From Phaeosaccion multiseriatum (Eukaryota; Protista; Ochrophyta, other classes): 64,000 nucleotides of DNA. The stretch lies in assembly GCA_965112735.1 (NCBI GenBank), contig OZ218957.1, positions 3,607,293-3,671,292 on the forward strand. The letters run 5' to 3'. How positions within the stretch are numbered: position 1 is the first letter of the stretch; the number at the start of each line of letters is the position of its first letter. Under the pieces are notes generated by a model. That model did not search any database. It was not told the origin of the DNA and saw nothing but the letters and a program-made list of their open reading frames with translations. The position numbers were made by a program, and so were the translations under genes. Shown here piece by piece: positions 13,493 through 25,900 of this stretch.

Positions 13493-15315
13493 CCCCCAAG
13501 GTGTACCGTGACTTTGTGGCCAGCGGTAGTTGGCCCTTTCTGCTGGAGCTGTGGCCCACCGTCGTCGGAGTGATGCGCTCCACCGAGGCATATGACACCG
13601 ACGGGGATGGGCTCATTGAGAACTCGGGCTTTCCCGACCAGACGTACGACATTTGGTCCGTCAAGGTAAGTCACAAACGGCGCTGACCTCCCACCCGGAT
13701 CCGCTTACCGTTCTCGCTGGTCGCGCTCTCTCTCTCTCTCTCTGTGCGTGTGCGTGCCCCCCTCTGGACAGGGTCCATCGGCCTACACGGGCGGGCTATG
13801 GGTGGCGGCCCTCTCGGCCTGCGCCAAGATGGCCGAGCTCGTGGAGGAACGGGGGGCGGTTGGAGATTTTCCAGCAGTTGGTGATACAGCAGCAGCTGAT
13901 GATACAGCAGCAGTTGATGTTGCAGCAGTTGTTGGTAAGGCAGCAGCGGTGGACGAGCTCGTGGAGGCAGGCGAACCCGGGAAGGAGGGGAAGCCTGTTG
14001 CTGCTGAAGCACCAACTGCTACTACCGCCGCTGCTGTGTCTCCAAGCACCGCTGATGGGAGCGTAGAGCTCGGCAGCAGCGCGTACTACCAACGGCTGTA
14101 CCTCCGCGCCAAGGCCGCCTACAAGGAGAAGCTTTGGAACGGCCGCTACTTGAACTACGACGGCAGCGGCAGCGCTCAGAGCGACTCCATAATGGCGGAC
14201 ATGCTGGCGGGGCAGTGGTACGCGAGGGCAACGGGCCTGCCCCCAGTGGTGGAGGGGCCTCTCGCGAGAAGCTGCCTCGACATGGTCTTCCAGAACAACG
14301 TGCTGCGCTTCGGGGAAGGTGAGGGGGGGGGGAGGTGAGGAGGAGGAGGAGGAGGAGGAGAGGGGGAGGAGGAGGAGTGTGTGGCAGTGTACAGTGTAGG
14401 CTCACTCCTCGCTCCGCCTCTGTTCGTTCGTTTCCTCCCCCTCGCCCCTCTTCCTTTGCCTTTCTCCCCTTCTCCTCTCCGTGCGGGCCTTAGGACGAAG
14501 CAGAGGCGCGGTGAACGGCATGAGCCCCGGGGGGGAGGTGGACTCGAGCTGTCTGCAGAGCAGGGAGGTGTGGACAGGGGTCACGTACGCTGTAGGGGCC
14601 GCCATGCTGCACGAGGCCGGCCAGGCCCTGAGCAGGTTTCCCGAGGGGGGCCTTCCCGAGGGGGTAGAGGGCTCTCTTATGCCTCAGGTGAGCAGAGGGT
14701 GGGCCGCTGCCGCTGCTGAAGCGCTCGTGCCGTCACCCCCCGTCACCCCACCATTTGGAGGCCCTGCAGAGAAGAGACGCAGGCATAGGCACACTGAATA
14801 TTCTCTCTTCTCGTCTCCTCTCCTCCCCTCTCTTCGCTCTCCAATTCCTCGCCTTGCAGGAGGAGGATGGTGACGAGGCGGTCAAGAGGCGGGCGGCGGG
14901 CAGACGCCTTTACCTTGCGGCCTTCGAAACCGTCCGCGGGCTGCACGACTACGGCTGGTGGGAGTACGGCTACTGGTTCCAGATGCCCGAGGGCTGGGAG
15001 CGCTCCGGCAACTACCGCAGCCTGGGCTACATGCGGAGCCTTGCCGTGTGGGCCGTGCAGTGGGCCATTGAGCGCGGTAAGTCAGTGAGCGGCCCGAGGG
15101 AGCAGAGTGGAGAGTTTCAGTGTCACAGTCCCTGTACAGAGGTACACAAAAGTGGAACACGGGCAGAAAGAGCCGAGAGGAGAGGCGGTGGGTCGCGGGA
15201 CTCACATACTCAAGTCTCCTCCCTGTTTCTTGATCTCTCTCTTTCCCTGCCCCCTTCTCGGTGCTTCTCGCTCTTCCTCCCTGTGGCTTCCTCATCCCTG
15301 CAGAGGGTGCGCTAA
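8890..15315 (+). CDS. GBA2: Non-lysosomal glucosylceramidase, glycoside hydrolase family 116; multi-exon; 3' end uncertain
   Basis: Motifs [30 protein letters not shown]...[143 protein letters not shown]. Confidence 0.93.
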
Positions 15316-15632
15316 GCGGAGCTTCAGCTGACGGCGGTGGCGAAGGAGAGGTGGGCGGGCCCACACCACGTGAAAAATGATCAAAATGATCGGTCATGCC
15401 TGGGACATGGCCTGTGGAGCCTTGATGGTGAAGCAGAGGGTGCACGCGAACGGACACCTCTGCCTCTGCCCAGCCTGATTGAAGATAAATGTATTGAAGC
15501 TCCCAAGTTGAACGATCTCTGCTCACCCCAGTGGGCGCTGCACTTCGCTCGCATGGCCCTCATTAACGAATAACCTCATGGCCAACCGTAGTTAATCTTT
15601 TCAACTCCTTAGAAGCTCAGAAGCTCAGAAGC

Positions 15633-17776
15633 TCAGAAGCCAGCCCAGTCGCCTTGATCCGGGTTGATGCGTCCCGAGATCTTGTCGGTGGTCTCCATCA
15701 TGTTGTCGATTGCGCCCTCGTCGTCAAGCTTTTGGAAGTACTTGCCCCACTCGTCCGTTTGCTCCGACGCGCGGTAGCTGTAGAGCAGGGCAGAGCACAG
15801 GGGGGATGGCAATCCATGGCAGTCAGCGGCAGTCGATGGCAGTCCACGGCAGGGACAGAGAAAGAGACAGAGATAGCAGAGACCCCTCCAACGCCGCACT
15901 GCACTCACTTCATGACGATGGATTTGCTGCGTGTGCTCTTGAGGTCCTGGCAGATGGCGGACCAAAAGGCGGCGAGCAGGCCCGGCCCCTTCTCCAGCAC
16001 TCCGGGCGGGCAGCACAACTCGCCCAGCACGGCTCCTGCGTACCGCAGCCCCCCCGCCCCGAGCTCCGCGTGGCGCTCCCCCACCCGTCCATCCCCGGCG
16101 GGCACACTCACGTCCGCAAGCACGATGACGCGCTTGGCCAGATCGGCCGAGACCTGCGCAAGGAGGGGGGGGAGGGATGGCAGTGGATGGGGAGGGGGGA
16201 TGGCAGTGGGTGGGGAGGCGAGAGAGGGGCGGGCCGTGAGCTCGGTCCATCTTTGAGCGGTACTCTGAGCAGTGAGGGGCACACAACACCCACCCTGACC
16301 ACCCACTGCCATCCACTGCCATCCCCACCTCGATGGCCTTGCCCTTGGCGCGGACGATGCCTCCGTCCCCCACAACCCCCGCAGCCGCTTCAATCACTGC
16401 ACGGCACGGCGCGGTTAGCGGTCACACACAGGCACACGACGCAGAGCGCGGAGGGAGGGAGGGAGGGAGGGAGGGAGGGAGTGTCAGCACAGCACCGCAC
16501 TGCGCTTCGCAAGGCCCAATACGCCACCCAACCATACTTGCTTCACAATAGGCCCGCTCCTCTGCTCTGCTTTGATGTACGTACCTGCTTCCGTGTCTGA
16601 CTCTCCAATGTCTACGGTGAGCAGCGGCACCAGCCCGGCCTCTCGGGCGGCAGCGGCGCCTGCCTCGTCCTCCACGCACACACCCACTGCAGAGAGAGGG
16701 AGAGGGGCAAAGCGGGACGTATGTGCAGGGACAGGGGCAGAGGCAGGATGAGGGCGGGACACGCAAACAACATGAGTCAACATGAGTCGAGACGAGCGGG
16801 GGAGGATTGCTGCGGTCTGGGGTTCCCAACTAGACTGTTGGTGTGTGTGCGTGCGCGCGTGTCTGACCTGCTCCTGTCTGCGCCACTGCAGCCAAGTCGA
16901 GGCCCTTGACGCCGCTCTCCCCCTCGGGCACGCCCTCCGCGGGGCCCGCGTACAGCACGGGCACGGGGTCGGGCATGCCTCCTCTTGCGCTCTCCTGCTC
17001 CTTGCACACCTCGCCCAGCACCTTCAAGTTGCAGCTCAGCAGCAGCGCGTTGGCCTGGGGTAGCGGCGAAGGATGGCAGCGGGTGGCGCGGGGAGAGGAG
17101 GGGGCAAGCAGCAGGCATAAGGAGGGGGGGGGGGGCACAGCTCTAACCTCGTGGGCAGGGCGGCCCACGGCCAGGGCTCCACTACACATCTAACACCCAC
17201 CGTACCTTGGCCGTCTCTCTCAGCGTCTTGGAGAGGCCGGTAACGTCCGCGTTGAACTCCGCGAGGGCCATGAAGTCAGTGGGCGTGCCCACCGTGAGCT
17301 CTGGCACCAGCGTCAGCTTGCCCGCCACATGGCGCAGCTTGTAGGTCACGCTGTTGAGAGAGTCCTCGAGGACTCCCGCCGCCGCCAAGGCCGAGCCCGA
17401 CGCGCCCATCCGCCCCCTCCTTCCTGCTAGTACCGCTGCTGCTGCCGCTGCTGCTGGGCCCATGCGCTGCTGCTGCCGTAGTGCGTCCTGTTTGACAGAG
17501 TTGAGCGCATATTTGAGTTGGGCATCACACGACATAGATGCGATAGATGAATGTCGAGTAGTGAGAGATGACGGGACAAGGAGGCGCACTCACGGCTTTG
17601 GCTCCCGCTGCTCCTGTCGCTACTCCAGCTCCTGAAGGGAAGGCCGAAGGCGCGTGCACAAAAGCGTCTGCGCAGCGATGGAGGGTCGCGAGGGAGAGCG
17701 TGACAGAGGCCACGGGCAAGGCCAGAACTGTCCACACATTCGGCCTCTTCCTGCTGCTGCTTCCGCCGCCCGCCAT
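15633..17776 (-). CDS. Plastid-targeted protein, possibly a degenerate indole-3-glycerol-phosphate-synthase-like TIM barrel; multi-exon
   Basis: Signal-like stretch followed by ADA-FVHAP. The first intron (GTGAGT..AAACAG) joins in frame to DALRQQQRM. Later exons read YKLRHVAGKLTLVPEL..LSKTLRE, PDPVPVLY and DLKSTRSKS..WGKY. The IGPS resemblance is from memory and weak; the gene model itself is well supported. Confidence 0.5.
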
Positions 17777-18093
17777 CTTGGTCTAATCTCGTTTCTCTTT
17801 TCTTCCTCTCCTCTCTTCCTACTACGATTGGCGTCTTGTATTTCGCAGGTGGAAGAGGCAGACCAAGAAAGATGAAGAGCTCGAGCGGAGGTAAGAGGGA
17901 CAGAGATCGAGAGTACACTAAGGGGCCGCAGGCGAGGCTTGGGGAGGGGAAAACAGGGAGTGTGTGGAGCCGGAGAGAATGGTAGAGGAGGTGGTCGTAT
18001 ACTCACGCCATCTGTGAAGCAGTCGGGAAGGCCGGGAAGGCCGCGCTTCCCCATACACTTTTTACCAACAACAGAGCGGCAGCAGCAGCTAGT

Positions 18094-19112
18094 ATGGACC
18101 CCGAGGCCAATGCAATGCGGAATGGACTCGTGGAGGCACTTCTCCTTGAGGTGCCGGAGCCTGAAGAGGGATCCAACGCTCCCACCAAGAGCAGCCTCGC
18201 CAAGTAAGCGAGAGGGAGAAGAAAGAAGAAAGAGAGTTATCCAAGGGCTTAGTGAGAAGCACTTTCACCCCGCTGTGTCCTTGCTCACTATCTATTTCCC
18301 CTTTTCCTTCTAACTCCTCTGGTCACCATGTCTCTGACTCAGCCCCCACCATCTTTGCACGTTGTCCTCCCATGTACAGACAAATAGACAATTGCCTTCA
18401 AGTGCCTTGCCAGAAGGTGGTGGCAAAGTGCAGGGGCAACGATGGGCCCTGCAAGCAGTCAGCAGCGCGGCTCTTGGCGAGGAGGGTGAGTGGCACCGCA
18501 AGGGAGAGACGAGCCGTCATCCAACCCTCACCACTCTTCCCTCTGGCTTCTTTTCTGTTCCGCCTCGTGGGGGCGCAAGTATGCCCCAAGCATGCTCGGC
18601 ATGGTCATGGATGGGATGGCGTTTAAGCCCCTAACCCTTGTCCCCTACCCCCCCCCCGCAAAGGAGTGTCGGCCGCTCAAGACGGAGCTCATGGCCACGC
18701 ACCGCGAGGCGTGCTCCGAGCAGGTGCTGAAGCTCTTCATGGCCAAGCCCAAGGCACTGGGGACGCCGGCAGCGGGCACGCTTCGAGGGAACGAGTACGA
18801 GGGGTGAGGCCCAGAGAGGAGGCGGGGGGGGGGGGGGGGGCAAGAGAGCGGGAGGTTGGAAGCCTGCTTCACTCACTGTCGAGTCTGTCGATGGGCGGGT
18901 ATCAACGTACGATAGGATGTATGACTGCAAGAGCACTGCACTCAGCCAACCCCTTCCCCTTCATTGTGTGCATCGTCATCATGGTTAGGTGGGTGAATCA
19001 GTGCCAGCACGCAGAGGCAGAGAAGGAGGACAAGTACTCAAGGTGCTTCACGGAAACCCTCCATAACACTCTGATCGACGTGAGTGCTGTGATATGTCAC
19101 GAGAGGCCCTGA
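18094..19112 (+). CDS. Small Cys-containing hypothetical protein, ~4 exons
   Basis: Exon-like blocks MDPEANAMRNG..SSLA, KVVAKCRGNDGPCKQSAARLLARR, ECRPLKTEL..NEYEG and WVNQCQH..ICHERP* are bounded by GT-AG. Divergent from the gene starting at 17776. Confidence 0.5.
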
Positions 19113-21506
19113 GAGGCCTTCGGAGGCCTTCTCGATCAGTCCTCAGTCGACCTTGCGTCCCTTCCGCCCTTCTCGCCGTCCCCTCCGCGCCACCCAGCGA
19201 CGTCCCTGGCCAGGCTCCGTCCTCTCCTCTGACCCCCTGCACGGCAACCCTCTCCCCCTCTCCCCTCCCTCCCTCTCCAGTGTGCCTCTGACAAGTGCCT
19301 GGACAAGGCAAGGACTTGTGCCCAGCGTTCCTGCAACCTGCTCCTGCCATCACCCCCGGGGGAAGAGTGATCTCCAGGGGGGGGGGGGAGAGCTCCCTCC
19401 CCGGCACGACTACGGCAGTCACCAGTCACCAGTCACCAGTCACCAGTCACCTAACACCTGATACCACTCACTTGGCACCTGACAACACTCACCGGTCAGC
19501 TCTTTCTGAGGCCAACCTTTGGACTCTCCACTTTGGCGAGTCGGCGCGATGACCTCACGAGAATCGAATACTGCGGAGCTCACAGTTGGGTGGGGTCGCT
19601 GCTTGACGCACTTTGGGTGTGCTGCTGAGGCGTACCTGCCGCTGCATGCAAGGCAGACAGGTTGTGAGGCAGAGAAGGCGAGAGCGACCAGAGCTGCCTA
19701 GCCACAGCAGGGGGGGGAGGGAAGACATCGGAGGGAGAGATGAGGGAAGGCACCGGAGGAGGAGGAGCAGCTACAGGCGTGTTGATCGTTCTCTCGTGTC
19801 TGTGCGACCATAACCGTTACGGTTACGGTTACGGTTACGGTTACGTTGCGAGGGGCGGCGACGCTCAAGGGACGCCCCTTCCCCCTTCGATCTTTCTCTC
19901 TCTCTGAGCTCTATACAACCTTGAGTCCGAAGGGGTGCCGATAGCGTGGAAGTGTCGCTTTACCGATACGGTGTGGAAGTGTCTCTCAGCAGCAAACACC
20001 GGCCTTCTTGTTGCCGCCTCGACAGAGACGGATTCGTTGCGAGTCATTGCTGCCTTTGGGCCTTTGCTCCCCGCCAGCGACAACCACAGGAGCAGCCAAA
20101 GGGACAGCGAAGGAGCGAAGGGACACACGACAGGGCTGCGGTGCGGTGGGAATTGGCGTTTGGTGTTAGGGACTCGGAAGGCTCCTGACACACACACGCT
20201 GCTTGTGCTTGCGCCTTTGTCCTGACACTCGGTTGTTGAGGATACGGGCTGAGCCTCTTGAGGGCACAGCACGGTTTGGGCCTTTGAAACACTCCATGAT
20301 AGGAGGGGAGAGGGGATGCTGCCATGAAGCTCGCACGCCGAGAGCTGGGGCAGCCTGGATAGGAGGGGAGGAGGAGGCAGCCAGCAGCCTGACCCGACTG
20401 GAGATGGGCACAAGAGGAGACACTGGTGGCGGTGGTGGCGGAAGGAGGCGCAGCGGGCCTGGCGGGACGGGAAGACTCTGTCTAATTGGCCCCAATGTTT
20501 TATTTTTCTTTTCTCATCAGTCTCTACTTGATTTTTGCACCAATCCTGCCGCTCCGTACTGCGGGCACACACGGCACTGTCGCGCTTTGCCGCCAATGAC
20601 ACAGATAGCGCGTCGATCAGTGCGGCTCCTGCTCTGCTGCTGTATCACCAACTGCTGAGGCTCCTGCTCTGCTGCTGTATCACCAACTGCTCCCGCTGAG
20701 CGTCGTGCCTTCGGGTGAGGTGGGAGACGAGAGGCACGAGGGAGGTGGTGGGGGGGGTGCCCAAGTGCAGTACCTCCTCTCCCTCTTCCTCTCCCTCGCC
20801 TCCTGCCCCACAGCCCTCTCTGTCCTCCCGGGTGTGGTGTGTCGTTCTTAAGTCGCGCGAGGCGTGCATCGCCCCCTCCCGTCCCCTCCTGGCGGTGAAG
20901 CGGCGGAGGAACAGGGATGGCCCCCCTCGCCTTCGCTCACTGTGCAGTCACTGTGCAGGGAGGGCATCCGAGGGTTAGCTCAGCTTGCAGTGAAGGGCAG
21001 GCGGGCATCCCCGGTCAGTGAGAGTGTCGACTGTGACAGGGACAGTGACAGAGACAGGGGCAGGGCAGCATATCCATGCGCCCCTCCCTGCCGTCAAATG
21101 CCGGACAGACACACACACCACACCTCCGCCTCCGCTGCCATGGGACTCGCCCCGTGCGCTGGCCGGGTGGGGCATTGCCCTTTGTGCATCTCAGCGTCGA
21201 ACGCCTTCCTCCTTTCCGCGCGCCTTGCCTCGCGGAGTGCCAAGAGGAGAGGAAGCGCCTGGCTGCTCAAGCTGCCGATCCTTTCTACTGCACTGAGGGT
21301 TTGAGGGACCCGGCTCGGCCGGGGCAAGACAGGGTAGACACAACGTGACAGAGGCCAGGCCTGCTCCAGCTTGTTGAGAGGTGAGGCAGTGGGAGGACTG
21401 GACTGCCGCCCTTCACTGGAAGACGAGGCGCTCACTACACGACGGCATTGCCGGGGGAAGCCCGCCCGGGGAAGCCCTCTTCGGTCCTTTGGTGCTCCGC
21501 TTCACT

Positions 21507-22784
21507 TCAGCGCCCCCTCACGGCGTACACCCCCCAATTGGCGACGGCGGCACTCCCATCCGTATCGCGTACCTCTCTTCGGCTGCGGAAGGGATTGCGC
21601 CTCTCAAGCAGCAGCCACTCCACAGCCGCGGATGATGATGCGCCGCTCTCCTCCAGGCGGAGGTCGGCTTTATGCTGCCATCTGAGGCCTCGCAGGAGCC
21701 GCACGTCTGCCTCCATGTCCTTCTGGCTCAGGCCGCTGACGAGCAGAGGCGCTGTGGAGGCGAGCAGGCGGGACAGTGTTGGGCGCCACTTGGCTTTGAG
21801 GGCGGGGCTGGACAGGCCGGGGTTGAACAGCACAAAGAGGTCCGGGGAAGGCAACAGACGCCCCGCTTCCTGTCCGATGCCAGGCATCACGTCGTGGAGA
21901 TAGCCCTTTTGGTATGTGATTCGCATGCTGCGCTCGCCGCTCTTCGGCGTGCCCTCCTCCTCCTCGTCCTCCTCCTTCTCCTCGTCCTTCTCGTCCTCCC
22001 CCGTCCGTCTGCTCTCCCCTACCCATGGCACACTAACATTGAGCACTCCCCTCTCGCCTCTCCTGACGGCACGCGCATCTCGCTGGTTGGTGGGAGTGGC
22101 CATCTGGGGGCCGAGAAGATGCAGGTTGATGTGCCTGAGCGGCTCCGGGAGGCACAGCAGCAGGTGCTTCCATAGCTCCGACGGCAGCATCGCCTCTGCG
22201 CGGGCCCCCACGCACACCACAGTCATCTCCTCCTACCAGCAAGCGTCGTGGTGAGGAGGAGAAAGAAGCGCAATGGTCACGTCAGTCGATACATATATAT
22301 ATTGCATTGAGCAAGGGAAGGATGGAGGGAGGAAAGAACGACCTAAACAGACACACTTATATGCGCACATCCCCCCCTTGTCCAAGCTGACCATTGCCCA
22401 AGCTGACCAGGTACGTACCTGATCTGGGAGGGATCGATGCTGTTGCAGTTCCTGCATGCCAAAGGCCAGCGTCAGAGGATAAGTCAGCTCGTGCGAGGCC
22501 CTCTCCCTCGCTGCTGCTGCCGCTGGTGCTGATGCTGGTCCTGGTGCTGCTGTTGGTATTGATGAGTGTGGTGCTGCCTCATCAATACCACTCTGATGAT
22601 CACCACGGGCGAGGGGCCAGGAGGGAGAACCGCCTGTTCCCTCTAAATAGGCATCGAGCGACGAGAGGGGCTGTCCTCGATAAGATCTACAGCTCCATTC
22701 GATGGAGGATCCTGCAGTTCCTCCTGCTCCTGCTACTCTTGATAGAACTGCACCACGATATCTACACGCAACCCTCCATGCCAT
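21507..22784 (-). CDS. MSS51 C-terminal-domain-like protein, 2 exons
   Basis: LTYPLTL, VVCVGARAE..LP..W, INLHLLGP, GYLHD, PDLFVLFNPGL, W.PTL..L, NPFRS and ANW match the MSS51/zf-MYND-associated C-terminal domain pattern. The N-terminus is Arg-rich and could be a mitochondrial presequence. Confidence 0.7.
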
Positions 22785-22914
22785 GAAGGAGCAAGGCGAA
22801 AACACGAGCGGAGTCTCCCAAGCAAAGGAGGAAGTAGGCGTGGTGGGCCTCCGATCGCTATCTGTGATCAGCGCACATTTTTTGGATTTTCGTTTGTGTG
22901 CACCTTTCCCCAGC

Positions 22915-25900
22915 ATGATTGGAGCGCTGAGGGGAACAAGAAGCTCTACATTCTTGCCTGTGCTGCGTTCGAAAGAGAGGGGAGTGCCATGTCTGGAGAT
23001 GAGGCGCCACCTCAGCTGCAGGAGGAAGAGAAGTCGAGCAGCAGCAGGGGGGTTAGGAGGGGGAGGGAGACCGTATTTCGGCCTGCCCCTGTACGGTGCG
23101 CACGCAAAGCATGCACTGTTTGGCTTCAGATATGATCCATTGGGAATGTGCTCTGCGCCCAGCAGCACGAGGCGGGGCTATAAAAGCGGCGGCTCCTTAA
23201 TTAAAGTAAGCGAAGAAGTTCAGGCTGCGCTTGAAGAGAAACGAGCGGTTGTGGCCCTGGAGAGCACCATCATCAGCCAAGGCAAGTGAGACAGAGAGGA
23301 TAATACACAGATACCGCCTTCCCACCTCTAACTCGCTCCGCGACCCCGACGCACGCACAGGCATGCCCTACCCCACCAACCTTTCCGTGGCGAGGGAGGT
23401 GGAGGCCTTGGTGCGGAAAGCTGGGGCCGTGCCCGCCACTGTCGCCATCCTTGGGGGAGTTCCCCATGTAGGGCTCGGACCGGAGCAGCTCGAGAAGCTG
23501 GCGAGAGGCGCACAGAGGTGAGCTCCTGAAGCGCAAGTAGAGAGGGAGAGAGGGAGAGAGACGGACGGAGGGAAGGAGGGAGTGAGGGAGGGGAGGCACA
23601 GAATGGGAGGGGGCGGTCAAGGGAGGTTGTGGGGACTCCCTGTGCGTGCCCTTGCTTTTCTCGAGCACTTCATCTCCACTGTCATGTATTCATCTCCACC
23701 GGGAACTCTGGGAAGACTGGGCCTCAGAAGCAGTCCTGTTCTTCTGCTGCTCTCGTGCTGGTACCCGCCCCGCCCCGTCCCCCCCCCTGCAGGAACAGCG
23801 ATAGCCCCGGCGGCGCGAGTGGGGCAGTGCGCAAGTGCTCCAAGAGGGACATTGCGCACTGCGTAGCAACGGGTGCGGACGGAGCGACCACCGTTGCCGC
23901 CACCATGCACCTCGCGCACCAAGCGGGCATCGCCATCTTCGTCACGGGAGGTGCGTGTGTAGAGGGCAGAGAGCCTAGAAAGTCGACCTGTCGAAGCGAA
24001 AAGTCGATCTCCGTTGGACTGCATGGCTCATGTATAGACACACGCACACACTCGAAGCTCGTCACTCTGCCACATTTCCAGAGACAGGGTCGCGCACACG
24101 CCCACACCCTCATGCCCTCTCCTTCTCTCCCTGTCCCCCTTCCTCCACCCTGGGCAAGTCCTGTCTGCCGTTGTCCTTTGATTGTGCTGCGTCAGTGTGT
24201 ATTTGCTCATCTGCTCGCATGACTTTGACTTCCTCCCTACCTCCTTCCTTCCTTCCTTCCTTCCTTCTCTCCGCCCTGTCCCCAGGCATCGGCGGCGTGC
24301 ACAGAGGTGCGGAACTGTCCTTCGACGTGTCCGCGGATCTGCAGGTACAATATATGGGTATCAGACTGCGATTCGCGGCCTGATTTGTTGCATCTCTGGC
24401 CTTTCAGGAGCTGCGTCTGTCGCCCCTCGGCCTTTCTTGCACTTCACTCCTTCACCTCGGCTTAGTTTTCGCCGCCCGGAATCAGTGTCAGGACTTGGAG
24501 TCAGGACTTACTGTCAAGTTTGAGTCTGAGAGCCCTCTTACCCCCCCCCCCACAGGAGCTCGGGCGTACCCCGGTGGCGGTGGTGTGCGCAGGAGTGAAG
24601 TCCATCCTCGACATGAAAAAGACGCTGGAGGTGCTGGAGACCCAGGGGGTGCCCGTCATCGGGTGAGAGCTCGGGGAGGAAAGCGTATGGACAGGGGAAA
24701 GGGTGAGGGATAGAGGCGTATGTGTGCCTGCCTACCTACCTACCTGCCTGCCTGCCTGCCTACCTACCTGCCTGCCTGCCTGCCTGCCTGCCTACCTGCC
24801 TGCCTGCCTGCCTGCCGGCCTGGCATGTCCATGTGTGTTTGTGTGCGTGTGTGTGTGCTCCCACTGCCCACCCTCTTCCTCTTCTCCCCCGCCTCACCGC
24901 TTTGGCCTGGATCCTCCTCCCCTTCTCAGCTACGGAACGGACGACTTCCCGGCCTTCTTCACTCGCTCGTCTGGCCTGCGCTGCCCCCTAAGGCTGGACT
25001 GCCCTGCCCAAGTGGCCGCCGCCATACACGCCGCGCAGCGGATGCGGACCGGTACAGGAATGGTCGTCGCTGTGCCGAACGAAGATTCCGACGACGCCTT
25101 GGCCGAGCTCATCGAGCTGGCCACCACAAAAGGGTGAGAATCAGAAGTTATCCACTTTCAATATCGAGGGAAGGGCATGAGAATTAGACATGCTCTTCGA
25201 CCTTTCCTTGCCACTAAGGGGGGATGAGAATCAGAGGCAATTGCCAAGGGTGACAACTGGAGTGAGTCGGTTACGTCGGTTACTGCATCCTCCTCAGCGT
25301 GTCCTGTATGCTCTGTGTGTGTCTCTCTGTGCCTTGTCCTTGTCCCTCTCCTCTCCCCTCTCCTCTCTCCCTCGCTTCGCCCACCTGTCCTCCCCCTCGC
25401 CACTCTCTTTTACGCCCAAGACCCTGTCGTATAATTGGAGATGATAAATGGACCCCCATGCCCCTGATACGTAGCTCTTAGGTTGATTCCTGTAAGTCAA
25501 TAACCCCCCCCTCCCCTGCCCCTGGCCGTGCTTGATTCAGTGTGCAGGAGTGCGCAGAACAGGGCATCTCCGGAAAGGACATTACGCCCTTCGTGCTGAA
25601 GCGTGTCAGCGACCTCACCGGGGGGGAGAGCCTCGAGTGGTCAGTGCCTGGAGGAGGGGGAGGAGGGAGGGGGGCCTGTGACAAAGGCAGGCAGAGCATG
25701 TGTGACTTTGACTGCCGAGAATGCTGTTTTGTGTGTGCGGACTCGACTCGCTTGACTCTGTGCTTGACTCAGTGCTTGACTCACTGTGGACCCCACCTCC
25801 CTCCTGCGCCTGCTCCGCCCCCGATCGCTGACTACCCCCTTTGGTTCCGCCGTCACACCGTTTTTGCAGCTCTCCTGACGCCCTCCTCTCGTCTCCTGCC

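Noticed and set aside
19500-21400. Possible additional gene(s) and a (GGTTAC)5 telomere-like run at ~19816-19845
   Set aside because: No consistent exon chain or recognisable motif could be built, and the hexamer run is too short to call an interstitial telomere.
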